DNA of 64,000 nucleotides from a virus (IMGVR_UViG_2751186034_000001:9246-73245); one strand, 5' to 3'. Positions 36,019 to 45,179 are shown, counted from the stretch's first letter. The notes: generated from the letters alone by a model not told the origin. Numbers and translations: made by a program.

Positions 36019-36518
36019 TGCGAGATCCCCTTCAGCAGTTCCTGCAACTGTTTCAGCTTGCCCACGGCCGCTGCGTTGGTTTCGCGCTCAGCCTCCACGG
36101 ACAGCGCCACCTCTTCGATGCGACTGGCGAGCGCCTTCATGCGCTTGCTGAAATCATCAGCCAGGCTCACGACTTCGCCGGAAAGGCTGGCCATAACATC
36201 CAGGGGGCCTTCGGACTTCTTGATCGAAACAACGGCTTGTTTGGCTACCTGGGTCACGGCTTGCTCCTTGATTGTTTTGGGGGTCGCTGCGTCACGCTGA
36301 AACTTGCCACCTATCGGCTCACGGATGAGGCCCGCTTCCTTGAGTTCGCCGAGGGCGCGGCGGATGGCATAAGGCGATGCGCTAGTAGCCTTGGCTGTGA
36401 GGGCGGCGCCGTGGATTTCGTGATTGCTCCAGGCCGCCTGGATGGGAACCAGGGTGAAAACCTTCTGAGCGATCGAGGATTGCCCGGCGAGGATCTGCTG
36501 CTGTCTGGATTCATTCAT
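36015..36518 (-). CDS. Hypothetical wHTH/coiled-coil protein
   Basis: 167 aa following the helicase gene. Confidence 0.6.
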   Translation of the reverse strand: MNESRQQQILAGQSSIAQKVFTLVPIQAAWSNHEIHGAALTAKATSASPYAIRRALGELKEAGLIREPIGGKFQRDAATPKTIKEQAVTQVAKQAVVSIKKSEGPLDVMASLSGEVVSLADDFSKRMKALASRIEEVALSVEAERETNAAAVGKLKQLQELLKGISQ

Positions 36519-37918
36519 CAGAAGCCACCCCGTGGATTGAAGTCGTTCAAAAGGGATTTGGAGGACTTGCGGGGCGCTGGCGCGGCGGCTTCTTGCTGCT
36601 GCTCGCGCTGCCCTGCGTAGCTGACGAACCGTGCGAACTCGCCCTGGTGCTGGAGCAGGCAGTGCCCGACCGATGCATGCCGGTGCTTCACCACGTCGAT
36701 CTCGGTCACGCCGCTGCGCCCGAGGTCAGAATCGGCGTCACGGTGGGCAATCATGATGATGTCGGCGTCCTGCTCGATCTCGCCGGAGTCGCGCAGGTCG
36801 GACATTTGTGGCTTCTTGGTCGAGCGCGTTTCGATGCTGCGGTTGAGCTGGGCCAGGACGATAATCGGGATGTCCAGTTCCTTGGCCATCGCCTTGATGC
36901 CTCGACTGATGGCGCCCAGCTCCAGGTTCCGGTTCTGCTGGCGAGAGCTAGCCTCTGGCGCGATCAGGCCGATGTAGTCGATGACAATCAGGTCCAGCGG
37001 CTTGGCGCGGTGCTGAAAACGGGCGATGTTGCGGATGCGGCTCAGCGGCAGGCCGCCCTTCTGGCAGATGCGCAGATCGGCAGAGTGCATGCGGCTCACA
37101 GCGCCGGTGATTCGAGTAATCGATTCGTCGTTGCCCATGGCCTGGCCGGTGTCGATGCTGCCAAGTGTTACCGCCGAAGAAGACGCCAGGCTGCGTTTGG
37201 AAAGCTCCTTGGCAGACATTTCGAGCGAGAACACCAGCGCTGACTTGCTTTCGCGGATGGTCAGGTTTTCGGCGATACCCAGGCCCAGCGTGGTTTTACC
37301 AGTGCCCGGACGCCCAGCGATGATGATGACGTGTGAGCCGCGCAGGCCTTGGACCAGTTCATCCAGATCCTTCAGGCCTGTTGCGTGGCCGTTGATGCCC
37401 TCGCCATTGAAGCGAGCGTCCATTTCGTCAACGACCGGGCCGAGCGCTTCACGCAGGCTGATCACGTCCGGTTCGTCGTCTTCGCTGTTCAGGGCCAAAA
37501 CGGCCTCTTGAGCGTCTGCGATGATCCCGGCCAATGGCCGTGCGTGGCTCGCCATGTCGATGATGGCCTGACCGATCTCCGCGACCTTCCGGGCCTTGGA
37601 ACGCTCCACCACGATACGGGCGTACTCCAGGCCATTCGCGGCGCTTGGCACGCCGTTGTAGATCTCGGAGGCCCGGATCATGGTCAGTTCGCCGCTGGAC
37701 AGTTCGTGGCGAATGTCGGCAATCGAAACAGGGTCTGCTGGCCGGCCGGCGGAACGGGCGGCAAGGATAAGCGTGTAAATCTCGGCAACGTCTTGGTCGT
37801 AGAAGTCGGTCGGGCTGACCATGGCGCCGATTGATTCAATCAGATCGGGTTTGATGAACAGGGAGCCGACAACGCCGTATTCAGCTTCCATCGCAACCAG
37901 TGGGCGATCAGTAATCAT
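36518..37918 (-). CDS. DnaB-like replicative helicase
   Basis: AGRPGTGKT, FSLEMS, IVIDYIGL, AQLNR and SDLRDSGEIEQDAD motifs. Confidence 0.95.
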   Translation of the reverse strand: MITDRPLVAMEAEYGVVGSLFIKPDLIESIGAMVSPTDFYDQDVAEIYTLILAARSAGRPADPVSIADIRHELSSGELTMIRASEIYNGVPSAANGLEYARIVVERSKARKVAEIGQAIIDMASHARPLAGIIADAQEAVLALNSEDDEPDVISLREALGPVVDEMDARFNGEGINGHATGLKDLDELVQGLRGSHVIIIAGRPGTGKTTLGLGIAENLTIRESKSALVFSLEMSAKELSKRSLASSSAVTLGSIDTGQAMGNDESITRITGAVSRMHSADLRICQKGGLPLSRIRNIARFQHRAKPLDLIVIDYIGLIAPEASSRQQNRNLELGAISRGIKAMAKELDIPIIVLAQLNRSIETRSTKKPQMSDLRDSGEIEQDADIIMIAHRDADSDLGRSGVTEIDVVKHRHASVGHCLLQHQGEFARFVSYAGQREQQQEAAAPAPRKSSKSLLNDFNPRGGF

Positions 37919-38739
37919 AGGGCCTCCAACACTTTCAGGACCTTGTCCTGGCGGGTCAGAAACTCAATATCGGCAGTCCAGCCCCGGTCGTTCTCACCGA
38001 TCCAGTGCTTGTTGTTCAGGCAATCGGTGAAGTACGCGGTCCAGAACTCACCCTTGCGGAAGGGATGAACGCCGTTGATCTCCAGGTTCCAGCAGCCCTT
38101 GATCAGGTTCTTGCGTTTGGTCGAGAGCTTCAGGCACTTCGGCAGCTTCTCGCCGCAGACGGTGTTGTAGATCTCAGCGATTCGGCCGTACGGGATTCGA
38201 TCAACCTTGGCTGCAGGAGGTTGATCAGGTTCTGGCGCGCCCTGCTGTTCCGGCTCAGATTCCAAATCCTCGCCGGTCGAAGCGTCAGCGGCGACAACTG
38301 CGTTAGCAGTTAGATTTGTATTTCTGTCTTTTATGTGTGTAATTTTCGACACGGTGGAAGGTGCGCTTTCTACACAGTGTGTAGTTTTCGACACGGTGGA
38401 TTTAGGGTCTATTTTCCATTCGGTTACGGGTAGAAAAGTGATCGGATCACGACTCCCGCCATCACGAAACAGAACCCGCTGACGGATCAGGGAGTTGATT
38501 GCTCGGGATACGTTTGCACGCTCCGACACGGCCTTCTCCTCGTCGCTGTACATCATTTTAGAAATGTAGAGGGCCGCTACCTTCACCGCTTCCTTGTTGT
38601 AACCGCTGGTGAGCCTGTGGATCGCCAGGGCGACACGCAGCTCACGTCCTGAAAGGTCGGCACCTATCAAGGCTTCGTACAGGTCGTTGTCCATCCGGGT
38701 AAATCCCCCGGTATTGCGAAGTGGGATGACATTGCTCAT
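37915..38739 (-). CDS. Replication initiator (lambda O-like)
   Basis: GGFTRMDN...ELRVALAIHRLTSGYNK N-terminus; internal iterons. Confidence 0.9.
   Translation of the reverse strand: MSNVIPLRNTGGFTRMDNDLYEALIGADLSGRELRVALAIHRLTSGYNKEAVKVAALYISKMMYSDEEKAVSERANVSRAINSLIRQRVLFRDGGSRDPITFLPVTEWKIDPKSTVSKTTHCVESAPSTVSKITHIKDRNTNLTANAVVAADASTGEDLESEPEQQGAPEPDQPPAAKVDRIPYGRIAEIYNTVCGEKLPKCLKLSTKRKNLIKGCWNLEINGVHPFRKGEFWTAYFTDCLNNKHWIGENDRGWTADIEFLTRQDKVLKVLEAL
38311..38400. repeat. Replication origin iterons within O
   Basis: TTTTCGACACGGTGGA at 38343-38358 and 38385-38400, a degenerate copy at 38366-38381, and an adjacent AT-rich tract. Confidence 0.7.
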
Positions 38740-38837
38740 ACTTAATGCGTCCTGATATTTGAAATGCTCGCTTCGGTTGCAGCCGAACGAGACAAAGAAG
38801 CCCGCAAATGACTCATGCAGTCGTTGCGGGCTTTTTT
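38714..38837 (+). ncRNA. OOP-like antisense RNA with promoter and terminator (~90 nt)
   Basis: TTGCGA-N17-CATACT (38714-38742) over the O start; long hairpin 38798-38833 followed by a T run. Confidence 0.55.
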
Positions 38838-39002
38838 CTTGGCTGGCTCGCTGTAGGAAAGCCGAACCAGAAACGCAGCCTTCTCTGCTGCGAATTGATG
38901 AAACTCACGGGTGCCCGCCTCCACCGGCACTGAGTCAGCGAGTTTTTCCAAGGCCTCATCGAGACCCTGATTGATATGACGCGCAGGGTGCGGGCGAAAC
39001 AT
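38742..39002 (-). CDS. Hypothetical protein between the CII-like gene and O
   Basis: 86 aa ORF coupled to the upstream gene. Confidence 0.5.
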   Translation of the reverse strand: MFRPHPARHINQGLDEALEKLADSVPVEAGTREFHQFAAEKAAFLVRLSYSEPAKKKARNDCMSHLRASLSRSAATEASISNIRTH

Positions 39003-39478
39003 CAGGCCACCTTCACCGAGGCTTTCAATTGCGCCAGGGCGCTCTCGGCATGATCGATCTCGCGAAGAATCCGGGCGCGATCGACCTGGTCTACTCGACC
39101 ATCAGCCATCGCCGCATGTGTCTCGACGGTGACTTCTGCAAACTCCAGGGTTGCGCGCCCCAGTGCGTCATGAATGTCGATAGCCTTAGGCTGGGCAGTC
39201 TTCACGATCGAATAGCCGAACTCGCCAGCCAGCGCAGCCAGTGGCCGCATGTCCTCGGTATGCAGCAGCAAGGAGTACAGGTGCTTCACGTTGAACCAAG
39301 CGCCGTCGTAGTTCGCGTTGGCGCGCTGGAGCAAGCTCACCGGCGGCATGCTCATCAGTGTCGCGAGATTCTTGGTGTTCGCCTCTTCGACAGAGGTGTC
39401 GCAAGCCCTCAGAAAATCCTGCATACCTAAAACCTCGAATTTCTTTACGTGGCGCCCTGCGGGTGCAGAGGCGATCAT
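39002..39478 (-). CDS. Phage regulatory CII/YmfL-family protein
   Basis: 158 aa after cro; LLQRANANY...LLLHTEDMRPLAALA pattern. Confidence 0.65.
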   Translation of the reverse strand: MIASAPAGRHVKKFEVLGMQDFLRACDTSVEEANTKNLATLMSMPPVSLLQRANANYDGAWFNVKHLYSLLLHTEDMRPLAALAGEFGYSIVKTAQPKAIDIHDALGRATLEFAEVTVETHAAMADGRVDQVDRARILREIDHAESALAQLKASVKVA

Positions 39479-39506
39479 TTGCTCAATGGAACGGCGGACA
39501 GGGATG

Positions 39507-39746
39507 TCAGGCGGCGGTCTTCTTCGGATGGGCCTCGGAAAGAAGCCAAGAAGGTTCGAATGGCTTGCCGTTAGCAGAAGCTAGGGCCGCGATTCTTTCT
39601 GCGTACCGTGTCTCTCCGGTGTATTCGGTGCGGGGCAGGCAGTCGGCGGTAAGCCACTTGTAAACGGCCCGAGGCGTCTTGCCGCATGCCAGGGCAACCA
39701 CCGGAACGCCGCCGGCATCATCAATTGATTTCTTAAGCGGGCTCAT
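39507..39746 (-). CDS. cro: Cro-like repressor
   Basis: 79 aa HTH (GGVPVVALACGKTPRAVYKW), divergent from cI. Confidence 0.85.
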   Translation of the reverse strand: MSPLKKSIDDAGGVPVVALACGKTPRAVYKWLTADCLPRTEYTGETRYAERIAALASANGKPFEPSWLLSEAHPKKTAA

Positions 39747-39764
39747 GTGGCCACCAAGCGAAAT

Positions 39765-39838
39765 ATGAACTTGCAGTACATATTATGTCGGAACTGAAAG
39801 TACATGCAAGGCCATGCGATATTGAACCTATGGTTCAA
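39765..39838. promoter_or_regulatory. OR operators: three 17-bp palindromes
   Basis: ATGAAC-N5-GTACAT (39765), CGGAAC-N5-GTACAT (39789), TTGAAC-N5-GTTCAA (39822). Confidence 0.75.
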
Positions 39839-40690
39839 ATCGAAGAGATACGCGCAGCGTTTGCCTCTCGCCTCAAAAAATCCGTTGCCGCAAAAGGCAT
39901 CGATCAATGGGGCGCGGGCGCTCGGCTGTCTGAAATAGCCAAGGTCACCCCGAAAGCAGCCAGCAAATGGCTGAACGGTGAGAGCATTCCAGGTCCTGCC
40001 AAAATGCAGGCTATAGCTGAGGCGCTCGACGTGAAAATCGAGTGGCTACAGCATGGGGCAGGTGATGAGCCGGGACACTCCAGCTTACACATGACCAAAG
40101 ACCCAGCGAGCGCAGATAGGCTGTCTGCCGCCGATCTAGTGCGTGACATGCTTGAAAAGCACGGAAAGGGTTTGCCAAAAGAAGTACGCCAGCGCATTGC
40201 GTCAGCGGCAAATGAGCCGGCGAGCAACGTCATCACCGTCGACTTCTCCCGCCCCGGCCAGGTCGGTGACGAGGTGTGGATCGCTCACTACGACGTTCGC
40301 GCAGCCATGGGCGGCGGGCAGATCCCGCACGAATACCCGGAAATGCTCCAGGATATCAGGGTCAGCCCCAAGCACCTGCGCGACCTAGGCGTCACCTTCA
40401 AAGAGCACTTCCACCTCAAGATGATCACCGGGTGGGGTCAGTCGATGGCCCCCACGATCAAGGACCGGGATCCGCTGCTGGTAGATATCACGATCCGGGA
40501 GTTCACCGGCGACGGCATCTACCTCTTCTCCCACGACGACATGCTGTACGTGAAGCGCCTGCAGAAGAAAGGCAAGGACCGCTTCAAGATGATTTCGGAC
40601 AACAAGCACCACGCCGCCGAGGATATCCGAGTGGACGACACTCACATTCTGGCTCGGGTGCTTTACGTGTGGAACGGACAACCGGTGTGA
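39830..40690 (+). CDS. cI: CI-like prophage repressor (HTH + S24)
   Basis: HTH (VTPKAASKWLNGESIP), AMGGG cleavage site, GQSM serine and YVKRL lysine. Confidence 0.9.
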   Translation: MVQIEEIRAAFASRLKKSVAAKGIDQWGAGARLSEIAKVTPKAASKWLNGESIPGPAKMQAIAEALDVKIEWLQHGAGDEPGHSSLHMTKDPASADRLSAADLVRDMLEKHGKGLPKEVRQRIASAANEPASNVITVDFSRPGQVGDEVWIAHYDVRAAMGGGQIPHEYPEMLQDIRVSPKHLRDLGVTFKEHFHLKMITGWGQSMAPTIKDRDPLLVDITIREFTGDGIYLFSHDDMLYVKRLQKKGKDRFKMISDNKHHAAEDIRVDDTHILARVLYVWNGQPV

Positions 40691-40694
40691 CGAC

Positions 40695-40931
40695 ATGGCC
40701 CTCACTAAACCCAACCAGCAGCTGCGTCGCGACCTGAAAGATGCTGCGGCCCTGCTCAAGTGGTCGGGCGTCGACCTGAAGCAGGCTGCTGTAAAGCTTT
40801 CTGATGCCGGCCAGGAAGATGACGCTCGCGAACTGATAGCGATCGCTATGAGGTTCCAGGAGGTCGAGGAGCTGATGGATGGGTATGCGGATGAGGTAAA
40901 GACGGCGCATATAACGCGCGTCAGTCGCTAG
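40695..40931 (+). CDS. Small helical protein (paralog of 41164)
   Basis: KPNQQLRRDL...LKWS...GYADEVK. Confidence 0.7.
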   Translation: MALTKPNQQLRRDLKDAAALLKWSGVDLKQAAVKLSDAGQEDDARELIAIAMRFQEVEELMDGYADEVKTAHITRVSR

Positions 40932-40962
40932 GTAAATAATCGCACAGATAAATGCGGAGAAC

Positions 40963-41154
40963 ATGGCTATGACGCAGACTGCAAAATCTGAGATTGAAGC
41001 TTACTCGGCGAACCTTGAAGCTATCGCCGAAACGCTGGCCAGTCAGGCAGTGGAATTAATGAATGCAGGCCTTATCGATCTCGGCGAAGCAGCCCTGGAG
41101 CAGTCCGTAAAGCTCAGAGACGCCATTGAGCGCCTTCGAGCCATAGATCTGTAA
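40963..41154 (+). CDS. Small helical protein
   Basis: 63 aa with GGAG RBS. Confidence 0.6.
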   Translation: MAMTQTAKSEIEAYSANLEAIAETLASQAVELMNAGLIDLGEAALEQSVKLRDAIERLRAIDL

Positions 41155-41163
41155 GGACGCATT

Positions 41164-41409
41164 ATGACCCTCGACAAACCAAACCAAGACCTTAAGCGCG
41201 ACTTGCAAGGCGTCGCCTCCGACCTCAAGTGGTCAGCCGTAGAGCTGATGAGGATTGCGGAGCGGCTGAGCCTTGCAGGGAGCGAGGCGGACGCCCAGGC
41301 CGTGCTGAAGATGTGCACCGTGTTTCATGCTGATGAGGATCGACTGGCGGGTTATGCGGATGAGGTGAAGGACTGCCGGATAATTCGGACTGCGGAACAG
41401 CGCAAATGA
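41164..41409 (+). CDS. Small helical protein (paralog of 40695)
   Basis: KPNQDLKRDL...LKWS...GYADEVK. Confidence 0.7.
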   Translation: MTLDKPNQDLKRDLQGVASDLKWSAVELMRIAERLSLAGSEADAQAVLKMCTVFHADEDRLAGYADEVKDCRIIRTAEQRK

Positions 41410-41621
41410 CTGCATGGCGAGAGCAAAGCTTCTGGAGCAAGGTGGGGGTCATTGCCTGGCTGGCGCTGCTTATGATGATCCCCGGATACTCCGACGCAGC
41501 TGGTCTTAGCTGGGGTTCATCCGGCCGCAAGCGAGTCTTCAGCCCTGGCTTCGTTGTGCTCTGCACCATCGTGGCGGTGGTTGAGCTGATAGCGCTGAAT
41601 CACTTTTATGGCAGCGGATGA
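41406..41621 (+). CDS. Two-TM small membrane protein
   Basis: Two hydrophobic segments; ATGA overlap. Confidence 0.6.
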   Translation: MTAWREQSFWSKVGVIAWLALLMMIPGYSDAAGLSWGSSGRKRVFSPGFVVLCTIVAVVELIALNHFYGSG

Positions 41622-41710
41622 GGTGAATGCGGGAAGCATAATCAGAACGTAACCGGGCCGTACGACTAAGAAGGTTACGCATTTAAATTTAGCTCAGGGA
41701 TAGTGCGGCT

Positions 41711-42454
41711 ATGTCGGACCTAGTAACAGCTGTCGAAATTGTTCGACAAAGCCATCAGGGAATATCCATAAAGCCTTTCATTGTTCGTGCTGACGATGGT
41801 GAAACCTACTTTGTAAAAGGGCTTTCCAAATCTGGCGGTCCGGCACTGATATCGGAGTTACTCAGCGCAGAATTGGGCAAAATTCTCGGGTTGCCTATTC
41901 CTCCATGGAAAAAGATGGTCGTACCTCAAGACCTGATCGACTTCAGCGTGGTTCCAAACGTCTCCGATCTGGAGGGGGGATTAGCCTTCGCATCGCAAGC
42001 GGTCGAAAGCGCCGTAGATTTCAACATTGCCCATCTGAAATCCACCCCTCGAGACCTGATGAGGAAGGTTCTACTTTTTGATTGGTGGGTACAAAATGGT
42101 GACAGGATTCTCGGTCCAATGGGTGGGAACGTGAACCTTCTATTGGACAGCCGTGGCGAGCTAGCCGTCATCGATCACAACATGGCATTTCATAAGTCAT
42201 TCAATCAGGAGGAATTTCTAGAAGAGCACGTATTCTGCGAGTGCCGTAAAGATTTTAGGGACTACCTCGTTCGTCAGGAATACACTGATATCCTCAGCAA
42301 GGCGCTGTCGAACTGGGATACGATCACCACCTTTTTGACCGAAGACTGGCTTTATAGGGATGCAGACCTCATCGACCTGACAGAGCCAACGCTAGCAAGC
42401 CGGCTAGAAATTCTGCAGATGTTCAAGGAAGAGCGATTCTGGGGGGCCCTATGA
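41711..42454 (+). CDS. HipA-like (PI3K/HipA superfamily) kinase
   Basis: YFVK lysine, SELLSAEL glutamate, DWWVQNGDR...NVNLL catalytic loop, IDHNMAF Mg-binding motif. Confidence 0.85.
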   Translation: MSDLVTAVEIVRQSHQGISIKPFIVRADDGETYFVKGLSKSGGPALISELLSAELGKILGLPIPPWKKMVVPQDLIDFSVVPNVSDLEGGLAFASQAVESAVDFNIAHLKSTPRDLMRKVLLFDWWVQNGDRILGPMGGNVNLLLDSRGELAVIDHNMAFHKSFNQEEFLEEHVFCECRKDFRDYLVRQEYTDILSKALSNWDTITTFLTEDWLYRDADLIDLTEPTLASRLEILQMFKEERFWGAL

Positions 42455-43293
42455 GAATCATATGTAATTATTCAATTTTGAGGTTTCTCCCTTACCCAGA
42501 GACGGGTGAGTTTGTAAACATCGGGATAGTGTTGTTGGCCAATAACGGTGATTTTCGTTTCGTCGTAGAGACCAAACGCCAGCGCGTAACAACATTTTTC
42601 CCAAGTCTTGATGCCAAGATTTTTATCAGGGCACGAAAAGAAGTAAATGCTGAGCTTGCTAGGCTCAGCGGCTTTTTCACGAGCCATAGATCTGATCGCC
42701 AAGCCCTCTCTGCGACATTCAGCCACCTGGTGCATCCGCGGGAAACGATGATGCGCTTCAGTGAGCCTGGATCAATAGTTGCGGCAAATTCAGACCAGGC
42801 ACTAAAGGCTCTATTTGACCACTATGTGAAGCACAGCTTTGCAACAAAGGAATATCAAGAAGCAGCTCTAGAGAAACAGTTAGGCAGGCTGTTGGCTGAC
42901 GTTAATCTGAAGCAGCACTACGTGGATCGAAAGCTGGGCTCAGCTGACTACCCAGTGAAATTTCCATTCGTACTGATCCAGGGCGGTAAGCCTGTGCAGG
43001 CAATCAAACCATTGCACCTTGGTCACGAAGAATCCGGAAAAATTTATGAACACGGGGATGCATGGATATCACGAGTGCGACGCCTAAGCGCAAAGGGCCA
43101 GCTACCACCTGATACCTTGTTTGTCGCGGGCCCTCCTATCGCTGGAAAGCCGAAGCTTTTTAAGGCTTATAAAGAAGTTTCAATAGAATTGAGTGCGTTT
43201 CCAGAGGTTCGCGTGATCAGTTCAGAAGAAGATCGAGCAAGCATGGTGAGTCTAATTAAGGAAGGCATTCCAGCCTCGGCTGAAATAGCTTAG
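42451..43293 (+). CDS. DUF3037-domain protein, coupled to the kinase
   Basis: YSILRFLPYPETGEFVNIGIVL N-terminus; ATGA overlap with the kinase stop. Confidence 0.8.
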   Translation: MRIICNYSILRFLPYPETGEFVNIGIVLLANNGDFRFVVETKRQRVTTFFPSLDAKIFIRARKEVNAELARLSGFFTSHRSDRQALSATFSHLVHPRETMMRFSEPGSIVAANSDQALKALFDHYVKHSFATKEYQEAALEKQLGRLLADVNLKQHYVDRKLGSADYPVKFPFVLIQGGKPVQAIKPLHLGHEESGKIYEHGDAWISRVRRLSAKGQLPPDTLFVAGPPIAGKPKLFKAYKEVSIELSAFPEVRVISSEEDRASMVSLIKEGIPASAEIA

Positions 43294-43297
43294 GTAA

Positions 43298-43324
43298 AGC
43301 CCGGCCAAGCGCCGGGCTTCTTGT
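43298..43324 (+). terminator. Hairpin terminator, cassette linker copy 1
   Basis: AGCCCGGC-CAAGC-GCCGGGCTTCTTGT. Confidence 0.7.
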
Positions 43325-43379
43325 TTCTCCACCTTGAGATGATAAAATCTGTGCCCTCCTCTCGAATGGACTCGTTTTT

Positions 43380-43724
43380 ATGCGCCTATCCTTGATGCCA
43401 TTGGCCTTCTGCGCCCTATTCACCTGCATTTCCTTCACCGCCCAAGCAGAAACCCAAAAAGAGAGAGACCTCCACTGCGCGGCCTACTACGAAGTGCTTT
43501 CAGTAGCTGGTGACCAGCCAGACATAAGCCGCAGTCAGTCCTCAAGAGCCTCCTATGTACTATTGGTGCATGCTGGCTATACCCCGGAGGCTCAGGAAGA
43601 AGTTGCGCAAAAAATGGTGGAATTGCACAAAGAGACACCAGGGCGGATGACGCCAGCTAGCACTGCCAAGCTGCGTGAAAAATACGACGCCGAATGCAAA
43701 GTCCTTCTGAAGGCCGCCATGTGA
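43380..43724 (+). CDS. Secreted helical protein
   Basis: Sec signal ending AQA, with two Cys in the mature part. Confidence 0.7.
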   Translation: MRLSLMPLAFCALFTCISFTAQAETQKERDLHCAAYYEVLSVAGDQPDISRSQSSRASYVLLVHAGYTPEAQEEVAQKMVELHKETPGRMTPASTAKLREKYDAECKVLLKAAM

Positions 43725-43784
43725 AGATCCTGGTACTTGTGAGAGCTGTTACCCTGGCGGTAGCAGCATAAGCAGCCATCATCG

Positions 43785-43811
43785 AGCCCGGCCCTGCGCC
43801 GGGCTTCTTGT
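43785..43811 (+). terminator. Hairpin terminator, cassette linker copy 2
   Basis: AGCCCGGC-CCTGC-GCCGGGCTTCTTGT. Confidence 0.7.
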
Positions 43812-43873
43812 ATCTGGCGAACGCTCTGCTCTGCTATTGTGGCGCCCTCTTGATGCAATGGAAGCAAAGAAGA

Positions 43874-44200
43874 ATGGACTCATGGAAGACTCTAGCGATC
43901 GCACTGCTGGCATCGGTCAGCACGCAGGCCGTATCAGGTGATGGCGCCAACCCTATCGCTGCCGCGATATTTCTCACAATCTCCGCGCCAACTATTTTAA
44001 TTGGCGCGACCACATCTCTCACAACCGAGCCGCCTAAGATTTTCAAATCGGCGAAGACCGACGCTCTGGCGTTCATTGGTTCGGATGGCGAGATCCGCGG
44101 TGCCCAGTTTGAGCAAGCCTCCAGGTACTACCGCTCGACCAGCGCACCGCCGCTGATGTCAGACACGCAACTGGCCAGGGCGATCGCAACTTCCCTCTGA
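43874..44200 (+). CDS. DUF2388-family secreted protein
   Basis: AKTDALAFIGSDGEIRGAQFEQA...SDTQLARAI motif after a signal peptide. Confidence 0.8.
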   Translation: MDSWKTLAIALLASVSTQAVSGDGANPIAAAIFLTISAPTILIGATTSLTTEPPKIFKSAKTDALAFIGSDGEIRGAQFEQASRYYRSTSAPPLMSDTQLARAIATSL

Positions 44201-44246
44201 CAGCCACTTCCCAGCCGTCCACGGCGCCGGCCTTCTTGTATCTGCC

Positions 44247-44468
44247 CTACCCAGGTCCGCCCATACACTCGGAGGTGCTGGCAAGCAATGTTCCCGCCTC
44301 CCTTACAAGTCTTACCCATTCGTCGCTGGTGATGAGCTCGGCAAGCTCCATGGCGTCAGCCCGCCGCAACAAGCCAAAATACTTAACCTCTGCGTCCATT
44401 TGACTTCCAGCAAGTGCAAACAGGTCTCGCCAGGCTGTCATAGCCAGTCTTCGCTGCGCCTCTCTCAT
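44247..44468 (-). CDS. Small hypothetical protein (paralog family member)
   Basis: 73 aa from MREAQ; W...DAE.KY..L.RRADAM...I..DEW..LV.EA. Confidence 0.65.
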   Translation of the reverse strand: MREAQRRLAMTAWRDLFALAGSQMDAEVKYFGLLRRADAMELAELITSDEWVRLVREAGTLLASTSECMGGPG

Positions 44469-44909
44469 TGAGGGCCCCTGATGATGAGATGACTCAGTAT
44501 GTATCAGGTTGCCGGGGACGTTCGGAATGATCTCGTAATTGCCGACAAATGGTGGCATTACGCCATGAACGGCAAGATATTGGCTTAGCCACGCTGAATA
44601 ATCGGCGCCCTAGTTGTTACAAAGCGCCCGCCCCGTGCGGGCTTTCTGCTTTTGCGACATCCTTTTCACCTGGCATATTCAGGATAGCGGCCATGCTCTC
44701 CATTCCTTCTACTGGAGACCAAATCGTTGCCCTTCCCCGGATACTCACTGACCTGACTCAATGGATATCCCGGCGTAGAGCAGCGCTTCTTGTTTCTAGA
44801 TGACGATCGGATAGTTTTTCCTCGGTTAACTATCAACCTGCTTCTATGTACATTGATGTCATTATGCCGCATAACGGTCTTATCGCATTTATACGCAGGG
44901 GATGCCTAA

Positions 44910-45179
44910 GTGAAAGTCTTTATGCTGGGTATCCTGATCCCACTCTGCGAATTCAGCTATTTAGGTACTAGCGGCGACAACGAGGTCGCGCTGTTTGCCA
45001 ACATTCTGTTCTTCTCAAGCGCTACAGCTCTGTATTTCTACCCATCAATATGCGCAATGGGCCATACCAGTCAAACTCGCTTATCGATCTTCAAGCTGAA
45101 TCTGCTAGCTGGCTGGACCGGAGTCGGTTGGTGTTTAGCGCTATATCAGGCCTTGGCGTTGCCGCTGGCGAGCGAGTAA
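44910..45179 (+). CDS. T4 Imm-like superinfection immunity protein
   Basis: LYFYPSICA...IFKLNLLAGWTGVGW motif. Confidence 0.8.
   Translation: MKVFMLGILIPLCEFSYLGTSGDNEVALFANILFFSSATALYFYPSICAMGHTSQTRLSIFKLNLLAGWTGVGWCLALYQALALPLASE

Noticed and set aside
29448-37918. Inteins or introns in terminase or DnaB
   Set aside because: Both proteins are of normal length with contiguous motifs.
43874-44200. Holliday junction resolvase label sometimes attached to this family
   Set aside because: It has a signal peptide and no nuclease motif.
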